Source of the DNA: a virus
Taxonomy: Duplodnaviria > Heunggongvirae > Uroviricota > Caudoviricetes > Demerecviridae
Strand: one strand, 5' to 3'
Length of the DNA: 64,000 nt
Virus record (IMG/VR): IMGVR_UViG_3300042566_001359
The notes beneath the pieces were generated by a model. That model saw nothing but the letters and a program-made list of their open reading frames with translations, was not told the origin of the DNA and did no database searches. Of the stretch, positions 57,619 to 64,000 are shown one piece after another (the first letter of the stretch is position 1; each line of letters opens with the position of its first letter). The position numbers were made by a program, and so were the translations under genes.

Positions 57619-58146
57619 TTAAGCCAATATAAATTTTAAACGGTCAGCAGCATAGCTTGCTGCAAAAGCATTTGGTTTTACTTGAGCATCTACGTTACAA
57701 GTGCCCTTGATATAACCAATAGCCTGCTGCACAACACAGCTAGAGCCGTACAGTAGGTTTGGGTTAATATCCAAGTGAACTTCAACGTGACGATCTTGTA
57801 ACACATCACTTAGTTCATGAAATAGGTCCGAAACCTTGTAAACTTCTTGCATTAACCTGAGTGCGGGTTTAGATACACGTTGATCAAAGTCGCGTTCACG
57901 ACTAATGCTACCAAAAATTTTGCAACCGTGATTGCCGTCAATGTGTACTACAACTGCTAAGGTATAGTCAGCGTGCCATACACCATTAACTTTAACACGT
58001 TCGCTATCCGCACCAAGATAAACCTTTGTTTCTGCGCTCTGTGCTTGAATGAAGTCTTTGACTTCTTGTAAGTTAAATTCGTGCATAGTTGTGGTTGTGT
58101 AAAGTATATTATGGTAGGCCCTGAGAGAATCAAACTCCCACTTCAA
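57619..58146 (-). CDS. Hypothetical protein
   Basis: 175 aa. Confidence 0.5.
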   Translation of the reverse strand: MKWEFDSLRAYHNILYTTTTMHEFNLQEVKDFIQAQSAETKVYLGADSERVKVNGVWHADYTLAVVVHIDGNHGCKIFGSISRERDFDQRVSKPALRLMQEVYKVSDLFHELSDVLQDRHVEVHLDINPNLLYGSSCVVQQAIGYIKGTCNVDAQVKPNAFAASYAADRLKFILA

Positions 58147-58168
58147 CGTTCGTAGCGTTGTGTAATAT

Positions 58169-58762
58169 TCATTTTACTAAAGGCCTATTGTCTAGTTCTA
58201 CGGCAATATCTAAAAATATCTTATCACTATTTATTCTGTGAATGTACGCATGGTGTGTAGGACATAAATATACTAAGTTAGATAGGTCATTATTATACCT
58301 ATTCTCATCTATATGATGTACGTCTAGTATTAGGTTTTCTTCACATGAACAGCATTTAATTTTAAGATCGTTGTCTTTATAAAATCTATTTAAATACTCT
58401 ACGTAGCTATAGCTTCCGTCTTTCCTGTTTTTTGCCCCTTGAGTATGAGCAAAAAACTTATTACCACAGTTATAAGAGCATGTAGTCGGCTCTTTACCAG
58501 AAGATAAAAACTCAAATTCATTGTTACACTGTGGGCAAACTTTACTAATTAATTTAGCAGGCTCTTTGCCGTTAGCTGTAAAGTGAGAAGTACTAATATT
58601 GTGTAAAAGACAATAGTCTTTTATCATCTTACCGTACCTGTAGTTTTTGGAATAACCTAATGCTTGTGCAACTATTACGGCAGCGTGAGCGTTAGATATT
58701 AGTTCTAGTAGTTCTCCAGATTTATGGCTATCTTCTAAAACTTTTAAAAATGTTGTTGACAT
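58169..58762 (-). CDS. HNH homing endonuclease
   Basis: DVHHIDENRYNNDLSNLVYLCPTHHAYIH HNH motif plus Cys4 zinc ribbon. Confidence 0.8.
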   Translation of the reverse strand: MSTTFLKVLEDSHKSGELLELISNAHAAVIVAQALGYSKNYRYGKMIKDYCLLHNISTSHFTANGKEPAKLISKVCPQCNNEFEFLSSGKEPTTCSYNCGNKFFAHTQGAKNRKDGSYSYVEYLNRFYKDNDLKIKCCSCEENLILDVHHIDENRYNNDLSNLVYLCPTHHAYIHRINSDKIFLDIAVELDNRPLVK

Positions 58763-58840
58763 AAACTTTCCTATGTATAAGCTATATTATACAATAAAAG
58801 CATTTAAAAGTCAATCGAAAATTTTTTGAACTACCAAAAT

Positions 58841-58914
58841 TGGCAGAGGATAGAAGAATCGAACTTCTGACAACGGAATCAAAATCCGTGGTTATACCAT
58901 TTAACTAATCCCCA
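58841..58914 (-). tRNA. tRNA-Gln (TTG)
   Basis: ACGGA-UUUUGAU-UCCGU; D-stem GUUA/UAAC; U1-U72 terminal mismatch. Confidence 0.7.
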
Positions 58915-58922
58915 ACAAAACT

Positions 58923-58996
58923 GGCTCCACAGGCAGGGATCGAACCTACGACCAATTGATTAACAGTCAACTGCACTACCGCTGTGCTACTGTGGA
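58923..58996 (-). tRNA. tRNA-Asn (GTT)
   Basis: GUUGA-CUGUUAA-UCAAU, T-loop UUCGAUC, encoded CCA. Confidence 0.85.
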
Positions 58997-59000
58997 ATAC

Positions 59001-59092
59001 TTAATACTAGCGCCCGGTACGCCATCCCCGAGTGAGCTTCAGTGGCAGAGAAGGATGCCACTTACACACTATAGCGCATTCTCGCTAGTATT
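59001..59092. repeat. Perfect 12-bp inverted repeat TTAATACTAGCG...CGCTAGTATTAA enclosing 68 nt, between tRNA-Asn and tRNA-Asp
   Basis: direct reading. Confidence 0.8.
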
Positions 59093-59188
59093 AAATATGC
59101 TGCTTACGATATACAGCGTGACATTGTCGTAGTCACCGATTGGATTACGGACGCTCTAACCGGAACGGCACGGACCTAAGGCAGGTTT

Positions 59189-59263
59189 TGGCGGTCTAGA
59201 GGGGTAACGATCCCCTTCTACAGCAGTGACAGTGCTGTGTGCGTCCATGAACACTTCTAAACC
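59189..59263 (-). tRNA. tRNA-Asp (GTC)
   Basis: CAGCA-CUGUCAC-UGCUG, T-arm AGGGG-AUCGUUA-CCCCU, acceptor GGUUUAG/CUAGACC, encoded CCA. Confidence 0.8.
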
Positions 59264-59268
59264 ATATT

Positions 59269-59353
59269 TGGTACCCCCACCCGGACTCGAACCGGGAAGC
59301 CGAAGCGAGGCATTTTAAGTGCCTTGTGTTTACCAGGATTTCACCATAGGGGC
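59269..59353 (-). tRNA. tRNA-Leu (TAA), type II
   Basis: AGGCA-CUUAAAA-UGCCU; variable hairpin GC-UUCG-GC; encoded CCA. Confidence 0.8.
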
Positions 59354-59358
59354 ATATT

Positions 59359-59444
59359 TGGTGGAGAAGGAGGGGATCGAACCCACTTGCCTCTTGAGGC
59401 CACGGATTTACAATCCGCTGTCCTACCATTAGAACATCTTCTCC
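59359..59444 (-). tRNA. tRNA-Tyr (GTA), type II
   Basis: GCGGA-UUGUAAA-UCCGU; long variable arm; perfect acceptor GGAGAAG; encoded CCA. Confidence 0.8.
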
Positions 59445-59495
59445 GTTTAAAGAATAATTATACCGCAAATAGCAAATCACGGCAAATCTAAATTT

Positions 59496-59570
59496 TGGCA
59501 CCCCTCCAGGGACTCGAACCCTGACCAACGGTTTTGGAGACCGCGATGCTGCCAATTACACCAAAGAGAT
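59496..59570 (-). tRNA. tRNA-Trp (CCA)
   Basis: GCGGU-CUCCAAA-ACCGU as in E. coli tRNA-Trp; acceptor with three G-U pairs. Confidence 0.75.
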
Positions 59571-59595
59571 AAAATGCTTGGAATTATGCGTTACA

Positions 59596-59700
59596 GAGTT
59601 TTGTCGGGCTTTCACACCCGGTGCCATACCACTTGGCGAATTTCCCAATGGGAGATAAAAGAATCGAACTTTTGATGAAACTGTAACTATCGCCAAAGCA
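59596..59700 (-). ncRNA. tRNA-like module (perfect T-arm AAAAG-UUCGAUU-CUUUU and acceptor-like helix UUGGCGA/UCGCCAA enclosing an extra hairpin); candidate Y-RNA-like / Ro60-associated RNA
   Basis: manual folding; no anticodon arm; lies 250-350 nt 3' of the Ro60 homologue on the same strand. Confidence 0.35.
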
Positions 59701-59943
59701 ATAATAATAAAAAACCTTAGAACAACTATTGCAGCGATTTGGTTAGATTAGAAGTCTAGAAGTAACTGCAAAAAACACTAAAGGCTTAGAATAAGACTAG
59801 AAAAAGCAACGCGGGTATTTGTTTTTCAAACCATATTGAGAAGTAACCGCATCTAGCACTAAGTCCTATTCTAAGCCTTCGCTTAGAGCCCCACTCTCTC
59901 GCTCTGACCGGCTGGCTACGGTTCCTAGCGTGGGTTAGTATTA

Positions 59944-61320
59944 TTAAAGCACTTCTGCTTCGAGGGCTTGAATGTAATCAATCACAGCTTCGGAGAAACC
60001 AGTAATGGTTTCCCACTCAGCACTGTTGATGCCATTCTGATAAGAACCAACGTTCAGGATGTAGTTTTTGTCACGGGACAAACGCTTGGCTTTGTGAGGT
60101 TCGAAACCTCGGCCACCTGTGTCTTGTTCATCTGTAAACACGATTACTCGGTCTACAAAATTATCATGTTCTTGGCTGGCGATATAGTCCATAGCTTGCA
60201 CTAAGAAGATACCGCCACCGCCGATACGACGGCCGACCTCTGCACTGCGGATGTAGTCGCTGAGTGCAAAACCACGTCGATTTGGAATCAACATAGTTGC
60301 ATGTTTGCGAGTACCATCATTACCGGCTGTTGCGTAGATAACTACTTCTTCGCAGATTTCTCGTGCCAAGATAGCCAGTGAACAAGCAGCATCAAGACGA
60401 GAAATCTCGCTTTTAGCGCTTATTGTTTGCCCCATAGAGCCGCTAGTGTCAACCACCAAAACTGTACGTCCTGGTAGTTTAGCTTGTGTTGACAAGCTTG
60501 CTAGCATCATGCGCTCAAGCATACCCTCAAATTGAGGGACTTGACGGGCCGCAGAAATGTACCGGAAAGGCAACACTTTTGAAGCGTCAATGGTTTTTGA
60601 GTAAGCCTCAATCTCGGACTGAGAAATACCTGCTTGAGTCATGTTACGCAAGTTACGTAAGAATGCTAGTGCACCCAATTTGTTTTCACGCATAAGACGT
60701 GAGAATGTTTCAAGCTTATCAGCGCCCGCACTTAGTTGAGTTTCCCAGGTATCTGGAGTTTCCAACTTGTCTTCAGCAATTCGTTTGAATAGCTCGGCTT
60801 GCACAGCCGTTTGCGGTTTAGGGTGGCTCAGGAACATAACATCACGCAAGCGAATCGCTGCTGAGTTTTTGTCCCACTTGGCCAGCTGATACTCGCTGAA
60901 CTTGTTAAAACAAGCAGCAAGACCACGTTTAACCTGATTGCTCAGGGCTGACTTGCCGTCTTTCCAGTAAATGCTCAGGAATTCAGACATTTCGTCTGGA
61001 CGCTGAATAACACTGGTAAGGGCATTTGCTTGTAGTTTACCGTGACGTGCGAGTTCACGAACAAGCAGCAGAGGAACGTGACGAAGTTTGAACTTAGTAC
61101 GAGCCTCTAGTGCTAGTGCGGCAACCCGATCAGGGTTCACACTAGCTACCACGCTTTTAATCAGTTCAGCATGGCTTTTTCCATCAACATAAAACTGGTC
61201 TTCCCACAGCATTGCTGCCAGGGTCAAGCGACGCAGTTGTCGTTCTGGATTAATAGTGCGTACTGGAGTACCAACACTGTTAACAGTCATTGAAGCGGAT
61301 TTGCGATTAATCGCGGACAT
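59944..61320 (-). CDS. rsr: Ro60-like TROVE-domain protein with C-terminal von Willebrand A domain (Rsr homologue)
   Basis: 458 aa; N-terminal region with TROVE-like pattern (R.L...FY.DG...RTKFKLRHVPLLLVRELA); C-terminal MIDAS motif LVVDTSGSM; RBS AAGGA 8 nt upstream. Confidence 0.7.
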   Translation of the reverse strand: MSAINRKSASMTVNSVGTPVRTINPERQLRRLTLAAMLWEDQFYVDGKSHAELIKSVVASVNPDRVAALALEARTKFKLRHVPLLLVRELARHGKLQANALTSVIQRPDEMSEFLSIYWKDGKSALSNQVKRGLAACFNKFSEYQLAKWDKNSAAIRLRDVMFLSHPKPQTAVQAELFKRIAEDKLETPDTWETQLSAGADKLETFSRLMRENKLGALAFLRNLRNMTQAGISQSEIEAYSKTIDASKVLPFRYISAARQVPQFEGMLERMMLASLSTQAKLPGRTVLVVDTSGSMGQTISAKSEISRLDAACSLAILAREICEEVVIYATAGNDGTRKHATMLIPNRRGFALSDYIRSAEVGRRIGGGGIFLVQAMDYIASQEHDNFVDRVIVFTDEQDTGGRGFEPHKAKRLSRDKNYILNVGSYQNGINSAEWETITGFSEAVIDYIQALEAEVL

Positions 61321-61349
61321 GGATTTTTCCTTGTAAATAAGTAAGAACT

Positions 61350-61450
61350 AGGCGAAACAGAGATTTTAGCGCTCTACCAACTGAGCTACTCGACACACTA
61401 AAGTGCCAGAGGATGGACTCGAACCACCGACCTCTCGTTTAACAGACGAA
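61350..61450 (-). ncRNA. Circularly permuted tRNA-like element (T-arm, loop-closed acceptor hairpin, D-arm) flanked by bulged helix; candidate YrlA-type Y RNA immediately 5' of rsr
   Basis: minus-strand order: AAACGAGAGG / GGUGG-UUCGAGU-CCAUC / CUCUGGCAC-UUUAGU-GUGUCGAGU / GCUC-AGUUGGUA-GAGC / CUCU(U)GUUU pairing back to the 5' strand. Confidence 0.5.
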
Positions 61451-61705
61451 GTAACTGTTTCTTTCACTATACCTAAATTAAACACACTGGCTAAGAATCT
61501 GCGAAAGCAGTTCTTGGAATTGTTTAGCGTCTACATCGCCTAAGACGTTTGCACGGTTTAAAGTGTGTGGCTACCACAATTTGTGTGCCACAAGGGCATA
61601 CAGCTTTAGTATGAAGTAACTGACTTCTATCACTATAGCCAAAGTGTTTAATTTAAGTATAAATTATATCAAATATAACTTACACTGGCAAGTTTGTATT
61701 TTTAG

Positions 61706-61780
61706 TGGTGGACATAGCAGGATTCGAACCGGCGACCTAGGCCGTATGAAGACCGTGCACTACCACTGTGCTATATGTCC
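61706..61780 (-). tRNA. tRNA-Met/Ile2 (CAT), second copy
   Basis: acceptor GGACAUA/UAUGUCC perfect; loop UUCAUAC; T-loop UUCGAAU; encoded CCA. Confidence 0.75.
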
Positions 61781-62167
61781 AGGTGCCGGTTACATTCTCC
61801 GGCGGCACATTTCGTTGTGTCTGAAGACATTGACGCTGTTTAAAGTCCGCAAGGGGGCATAGTCTGTAGCCATTAGGTAAACAGATACCTTTACTTGTGT
61901 GTTATTTTTGTGTCAGGAAACATCAAACCCCGTGAGAGCAGCCCATCTTGTTTTCGCTTCAGCGGACGCAGGGTGGTCAATATACTTACCACTGATTACA
62001 AGCCTGCAAATGACAATGTAGCGTGGTGCTTATATCCACACATAGACGGGATACACCGGCGAGTTTCCTCAGATAAGCAATCGTATCTATTGTCAAAAAT
62101 ATGGTGGCGAGCCAATGCCAGGTTTACCAGCTCACTATGCGGCTGCAGAAGTGCTGGAGGGCTAATT

Positions 62168-62238
62168 TGGTTGCGGGGGAAGGACTCGAACCTTCTAAGC
62201 GGAGCTTATGAGACTTGCTTCTACCCTGACTCCCCGCG
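62168..62238 (-). pseudogene. Degenerate tRNA-like gene (intact acceptor and T-arm, no canonical D / anticodon arms; CAU-containing loop)
   Basis: GAAGG-UUCGAGU-CCUUC T-arm and CGCGGGG/CCCCGCA acceptor with CCA, but only 36 nt between acceptor and T-arm. Confidence 0.4.
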
Positions 62239-62244
62239 ATATTT

Positions 62245-62399
62245 TAGTAGTAGCCGTGGAATTCGTTTTTGTAACGAAACCAGGTACGCTCTAGCTCTTT
62301 TAACTGTGACCAAGTTTGTGGATTGTTGTCGGTGACAAAATCTTCAAAGCTATAAGGTTGCAGAGCTTTTTGTAGCTGAGCCAGTAAATCACTTAGCAT
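62245..62399 (-). CDS. Small hypothetical protein (51 aa, below ORF-track threshold)
   Basis: my own translation MLSDLLAQLQKALQPYSFEDFVTDNNPQTWSQLKELERTWFRYKNEFHGYY. Confidence 0.25.
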
Positions 62400-62664
62400 T
62401 CACAAACTCATAGAATTGCTTTGATTTGGCCAGTACTTCTCCAAAGTCAAAAGGCTTGGGCATAAACTTGGCAATCATTTCGGAAGTGTTTTGACCTTTG
62501 CTGGCCAGACTTTCTTGCATTTCGGTAATGAACTCCATGTTGGAGGCGTACTCAGCTTGCATTAGCTCTGCGGTCATTTTCAAGATTTCAAGACGAATCT
62601 CAAAAGGTGATTTATTACTCATTGTAGTTCCTGTGTTGTGATGTGTAAGGTGTAGGCTTTTCAC
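62389..62664 (-). CDS. Hypothetical protein
   Basis: 91-aa ORF. Confidence 0.45.
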   Translation of the reverse strand: MKSLHLTHHNTGTTMSNKSPFEIRLEILKMTAELMQAEYASNMEFITEMQESLASKGQNTSEMIAKFMPKPFDFGEVLAKSKQFYEFVNAK

Positions 62665-62715
62665 CTACTTGGAGCGTTATTTCAGCTCATGTTTGGTACT
62701 GAGGGAGGAAGTGTT

Positions 62716-62789
62716 TGGTACCCAGTAGAGGTATCGATCCTCTGATTAACGCTTATCAAGCGTTTGTTATACCATTTAACTAACCGGGC
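62716..62789 (-). tRNA. tRNA-Ile (GAT)
   Basis: AACGC-UUGAUAA-GCGUU; encoded CCA. Confidence 0.8.
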
Positions 62790-62794
62790 GTATT

Positions 62795-62869
62795 TGGTAC
62801 TCCGAACGGGTTTCGATCCCGCTTCTCCAACTTGAAAGGCTGGCGTCCTAGCCACTAGACGACCGGAGT
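62795..62869 (-). tRNA. tRNA-Glu (TTC)
   Basis: CCAGC-CUUUCAA-GUUGG; T-loop AUCGAAA; encoded CCA. Confidence 0.8.
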
Positions 62870-62918
62870 GTTTGCGTAAAGATTAATTATACAGAGATTA
62901 GGCTGCGTGTTCAAGACA

Positions 62919-63048
62919 ATATTTATAAGTTTAACCCTAACCACGGGCGAGTATGAGTCGAGACGTGGGCCTATAGCAACTACTAGGTGGATTAGTCCGT
63001 TCGTAAAGGATTGGTAATCACTCCAACTTAGGGTCAAACTTATAAATA
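62919..63048. repeat. Inverted-repeat hairpin element B (ATATTTATAAGTTTAACCCTAA...88 nt...TTAGGGTCAAACTTATAAATA) abutting tRNA-Phe CCA end
   Basis: 21-bp arms with one mismatch. Confidence 0.75.
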
Positions 63049-63050
63049 CT

Positions 63051-63126
63051 TGGTGCAACCTACAGGAATCGAACCTGTTTCCATCGCTCTTCAGGCGACC
63101 GCTATGACCACATCAGCTAAAGTTGC
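63051..63126 (-). tRNA. tRNA-Phe (GAA)
   Basis: GUCGC-CUGAAGA-GCGAU; perfect acceptor GCAACUU; encoded CCA. Confidence 0.85.
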
Positions 63127-63129
63127 TTA

Positions 63130-63342
63130 AAATACTGGATTTTGTGCTTGCCATGTTTCTGCTTCATGACCATCACAGTCAATACGCCAAGGGCAAGTAC
63201 TGAGAATTTGTGTTGAGCAATCGTCGTTACCCCAGCATACTGGAGGTTGAGTACCACGCAAGACTTTAATCTGCTTGTGCACTAAGTCACGACGATTTGC
63301 TAGATTGGCTTCTTTGTCTAGCAATACTTGAATTTCAGTCAT
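63130..63342 (-). CDS. Small Cys-rich protein (start at internal Met to clear tRNA-His)
   Basis: CWGNDDCSTQILSTCPWRIDCDGHE. Confidence 0.35.
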
Positions 63343-63351
63343 ATAAACCTT

Positions 63352-63426
63352 TGGGCAGTCGTTACGGATTCGATCCGTTCCTACGAGTTTCACAGACTCG
63401 GGTGCTTCCACTACACTAAACGCTGC
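63352..63426 (-). tRNA. tRNA-His (GTG)
   Basis: CGAGU-CUGUGAA-ACUCG; 5' G pairing with C before CCA (G-1-like); bulged A in acceptor. Confidence 0.75.
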
Positions 63427-63431
63427 ATATT

Positions 63432-63518
63432 TGGCGGGAGATACAGGAATCGAACCTGTCAGCCTATTTCTAAACGAAGGCTTAGCAAGCCTCTGTTGCA
63501 CCTTGCAACACATCTCCC
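63432..63518 (-). tRNA. tRNA-Ser (GCT), type II
   Basis: GAGGC-UUGCUAA-GCCUU; long variable arm; acceptor GGGAGAU; encoded CCA. Confidence 0.8.
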
Positions 63519-63521
63519 AGT

Positions 63522-63632
63522 ACCATATTTGAGCATACTAACATCCACTTTTCGAACTTGTACTTTGTTCGCGAATACGTGTAGTCTTGCAAAACCAGTG
63601 GTTGAACGCCAACTGTTAATATGCTCAAATAT
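63522..63632. repeat. Inverted-repeat hairpin element A2 (CCATATTTGAGCATACTAAC...70 nt...GTTAATATGCTCAAATATGG) between tRNA-Ser(GCT) and tRNA-Lys-like
   Basis: 20-bp arms, 1 mismatch; spacer has TTCGCGAA palindrome. Confidence 0.8.
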
Positions 63633-63635
63633 GGT

Positions 63636-63704
63636 AGGACTGAAGGGTAACGATCCCTTTTCTACTGGTTAAAAGCCAGTTGCTTCACCTTAAAGCTTCA
63701 ATCC
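63636..63704 (-). tRNA. tRNA-Lys (TTT)-like, short and irregular (possible pseudogene)
   Basis: ACUGG-CUUUUAA-CCAGU anticodon arm, AGGG-AUCGUUA-CCCU T-arm, D-stem GCUU/AAGC, acceptor closes only with 1-nt register shift. Confidence 0.5.
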
Positions 63705-63837
63705 CATTAACCGCCCCAACCTTCTCGGTTAAGTTTTCCGCGCAATTGCTTGTGCGATTTTTTATGAGAACCACTGCCGCCACGCTTCATCAAAGCTAAG
63801 GCTACGTGATTCCTAGGTTTTCGTGTTTTCATAATAA

Positions 63838-63915
63838 ACTTTAAATTTGGTGGAGAATATCGGATTCGAACCGATCTGTGTCCTGCTTGCAAAGCAGGTG
63901 TCCACCCCAAGCAGA
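63838..63915 (-). tRNA. tRNA-Ala (TGC)
   Basis: CCUGC-UUUGCAA-GCAGG; T-loop UUCGAAU; acceptor GGGGAAU/AUUCUCC; encoded CCA. Confidence 0.8.
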
Positions 63916-63921
63916 CCCATT

Positions 63922-64000
63922 CCCCAAATTGTGGTGCGTCGAGAGAGACTCGAACTCTCAATCCTTTCGGCACTGGCTTCTAAGACCAGCGTGTATACCA
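63922..64000 (-). tRNA. tRNA-Leu (TAG), type II, 5' part beyond window end
   Basis: CUGGU-CUUAGAA-GCCAG, variable arm, GAGAG-UUCGAGU-CUCUC, ...ACCA end. Confidence 0.7.

Noticed and set aside
59196-59555. Minus-strand ORF 59196..59555 (119 aa)
   Set aside because: Entirely covered by tRNA-Asp, tRNA-Leu, tRNA-Tyr and tRNA-Trp.
61644-62335. Plus-strand ORFs 61644..61862 and 61895..62335
   Set aside because: They overlap tRNA-Met(CAT) and the tRNA-like gene, and lie opposite to every credible neighbouring gene, so they are likely spurious.
63707-63973. Minus-strand ORF 63707..63973
   Set aside because: Overlaps tRNA-Ala and tRNA-Leu.

Overview
The window reads as one contiguous stretch of a large virulent tailed phage of a Gram-negative host, most consistent with a T5-like (Demerecviridae-like) genome; that assignment is my inference from gene content and order. 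No integrase, CRISPR array or bacterial housekeeping genes are present.

Layout:
- 1..~20.8 kb, plus strand: late structural module. It holds a 5'-truncated J-like tail-tip protein, two very large tail fibres with C-terminal peptidase-S74 intramolecular-chaperone domains, glycine-rich fibre-like proteins, three tandem paralogous tail-collar receptor-binding proteins, then a lysis cassette (i-spanin, overlapping o-spanin lipoprotein, GH19 endolysin).
- 20.8..26.4 kb, plus strand: a run of consecutive signal-peptide proteins, PhoH and an unknown ORF.
- ~26.4 kb onward, minus strand: an accessory/early replication region with consensus sigma70-type promoters (TTGaca-N17-TATAATATA). It encodes Dps-like ferritin, a collagen-like protein, two GIY-YIG homing endonucleases, a ribonucleotide reductase, dUTPase, flap endonuclease, SbcCD, glutaredoxin, an SF2 helicase, a family-A DNA polymerase, separate primase and DnaB-like helicase, an NAD-dependent DNA ligase split into two genes by one of the homing endonucleases, an SPFH lipoprotein, a metallophosphoesterase and a ClpP-like protease.
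- ~53.6..64 kb, minus strand: a tRNA island with more than 22 tRNA genes and an HNH endonuclease.

Most notable: inside the tRNA island there is a Ro60/TROVE-vWA homologue. Immediately 5' of it lies a circularly permuted tRNA-like element (T-arm, loop-closed acceptor hairpin, D-arm, flanked by a bulged helix), which is the YrlA-type Y-RNA architecture. A second tRNA-like module and a long imperfect hairpin lie 3' of the same gene.

Other points worth a second look: a family of inverted-repeat hairpin elements abutting tRNA 3' ends, a degenerate tRNA-like gene, and a 560-bp structured non-coding gap.
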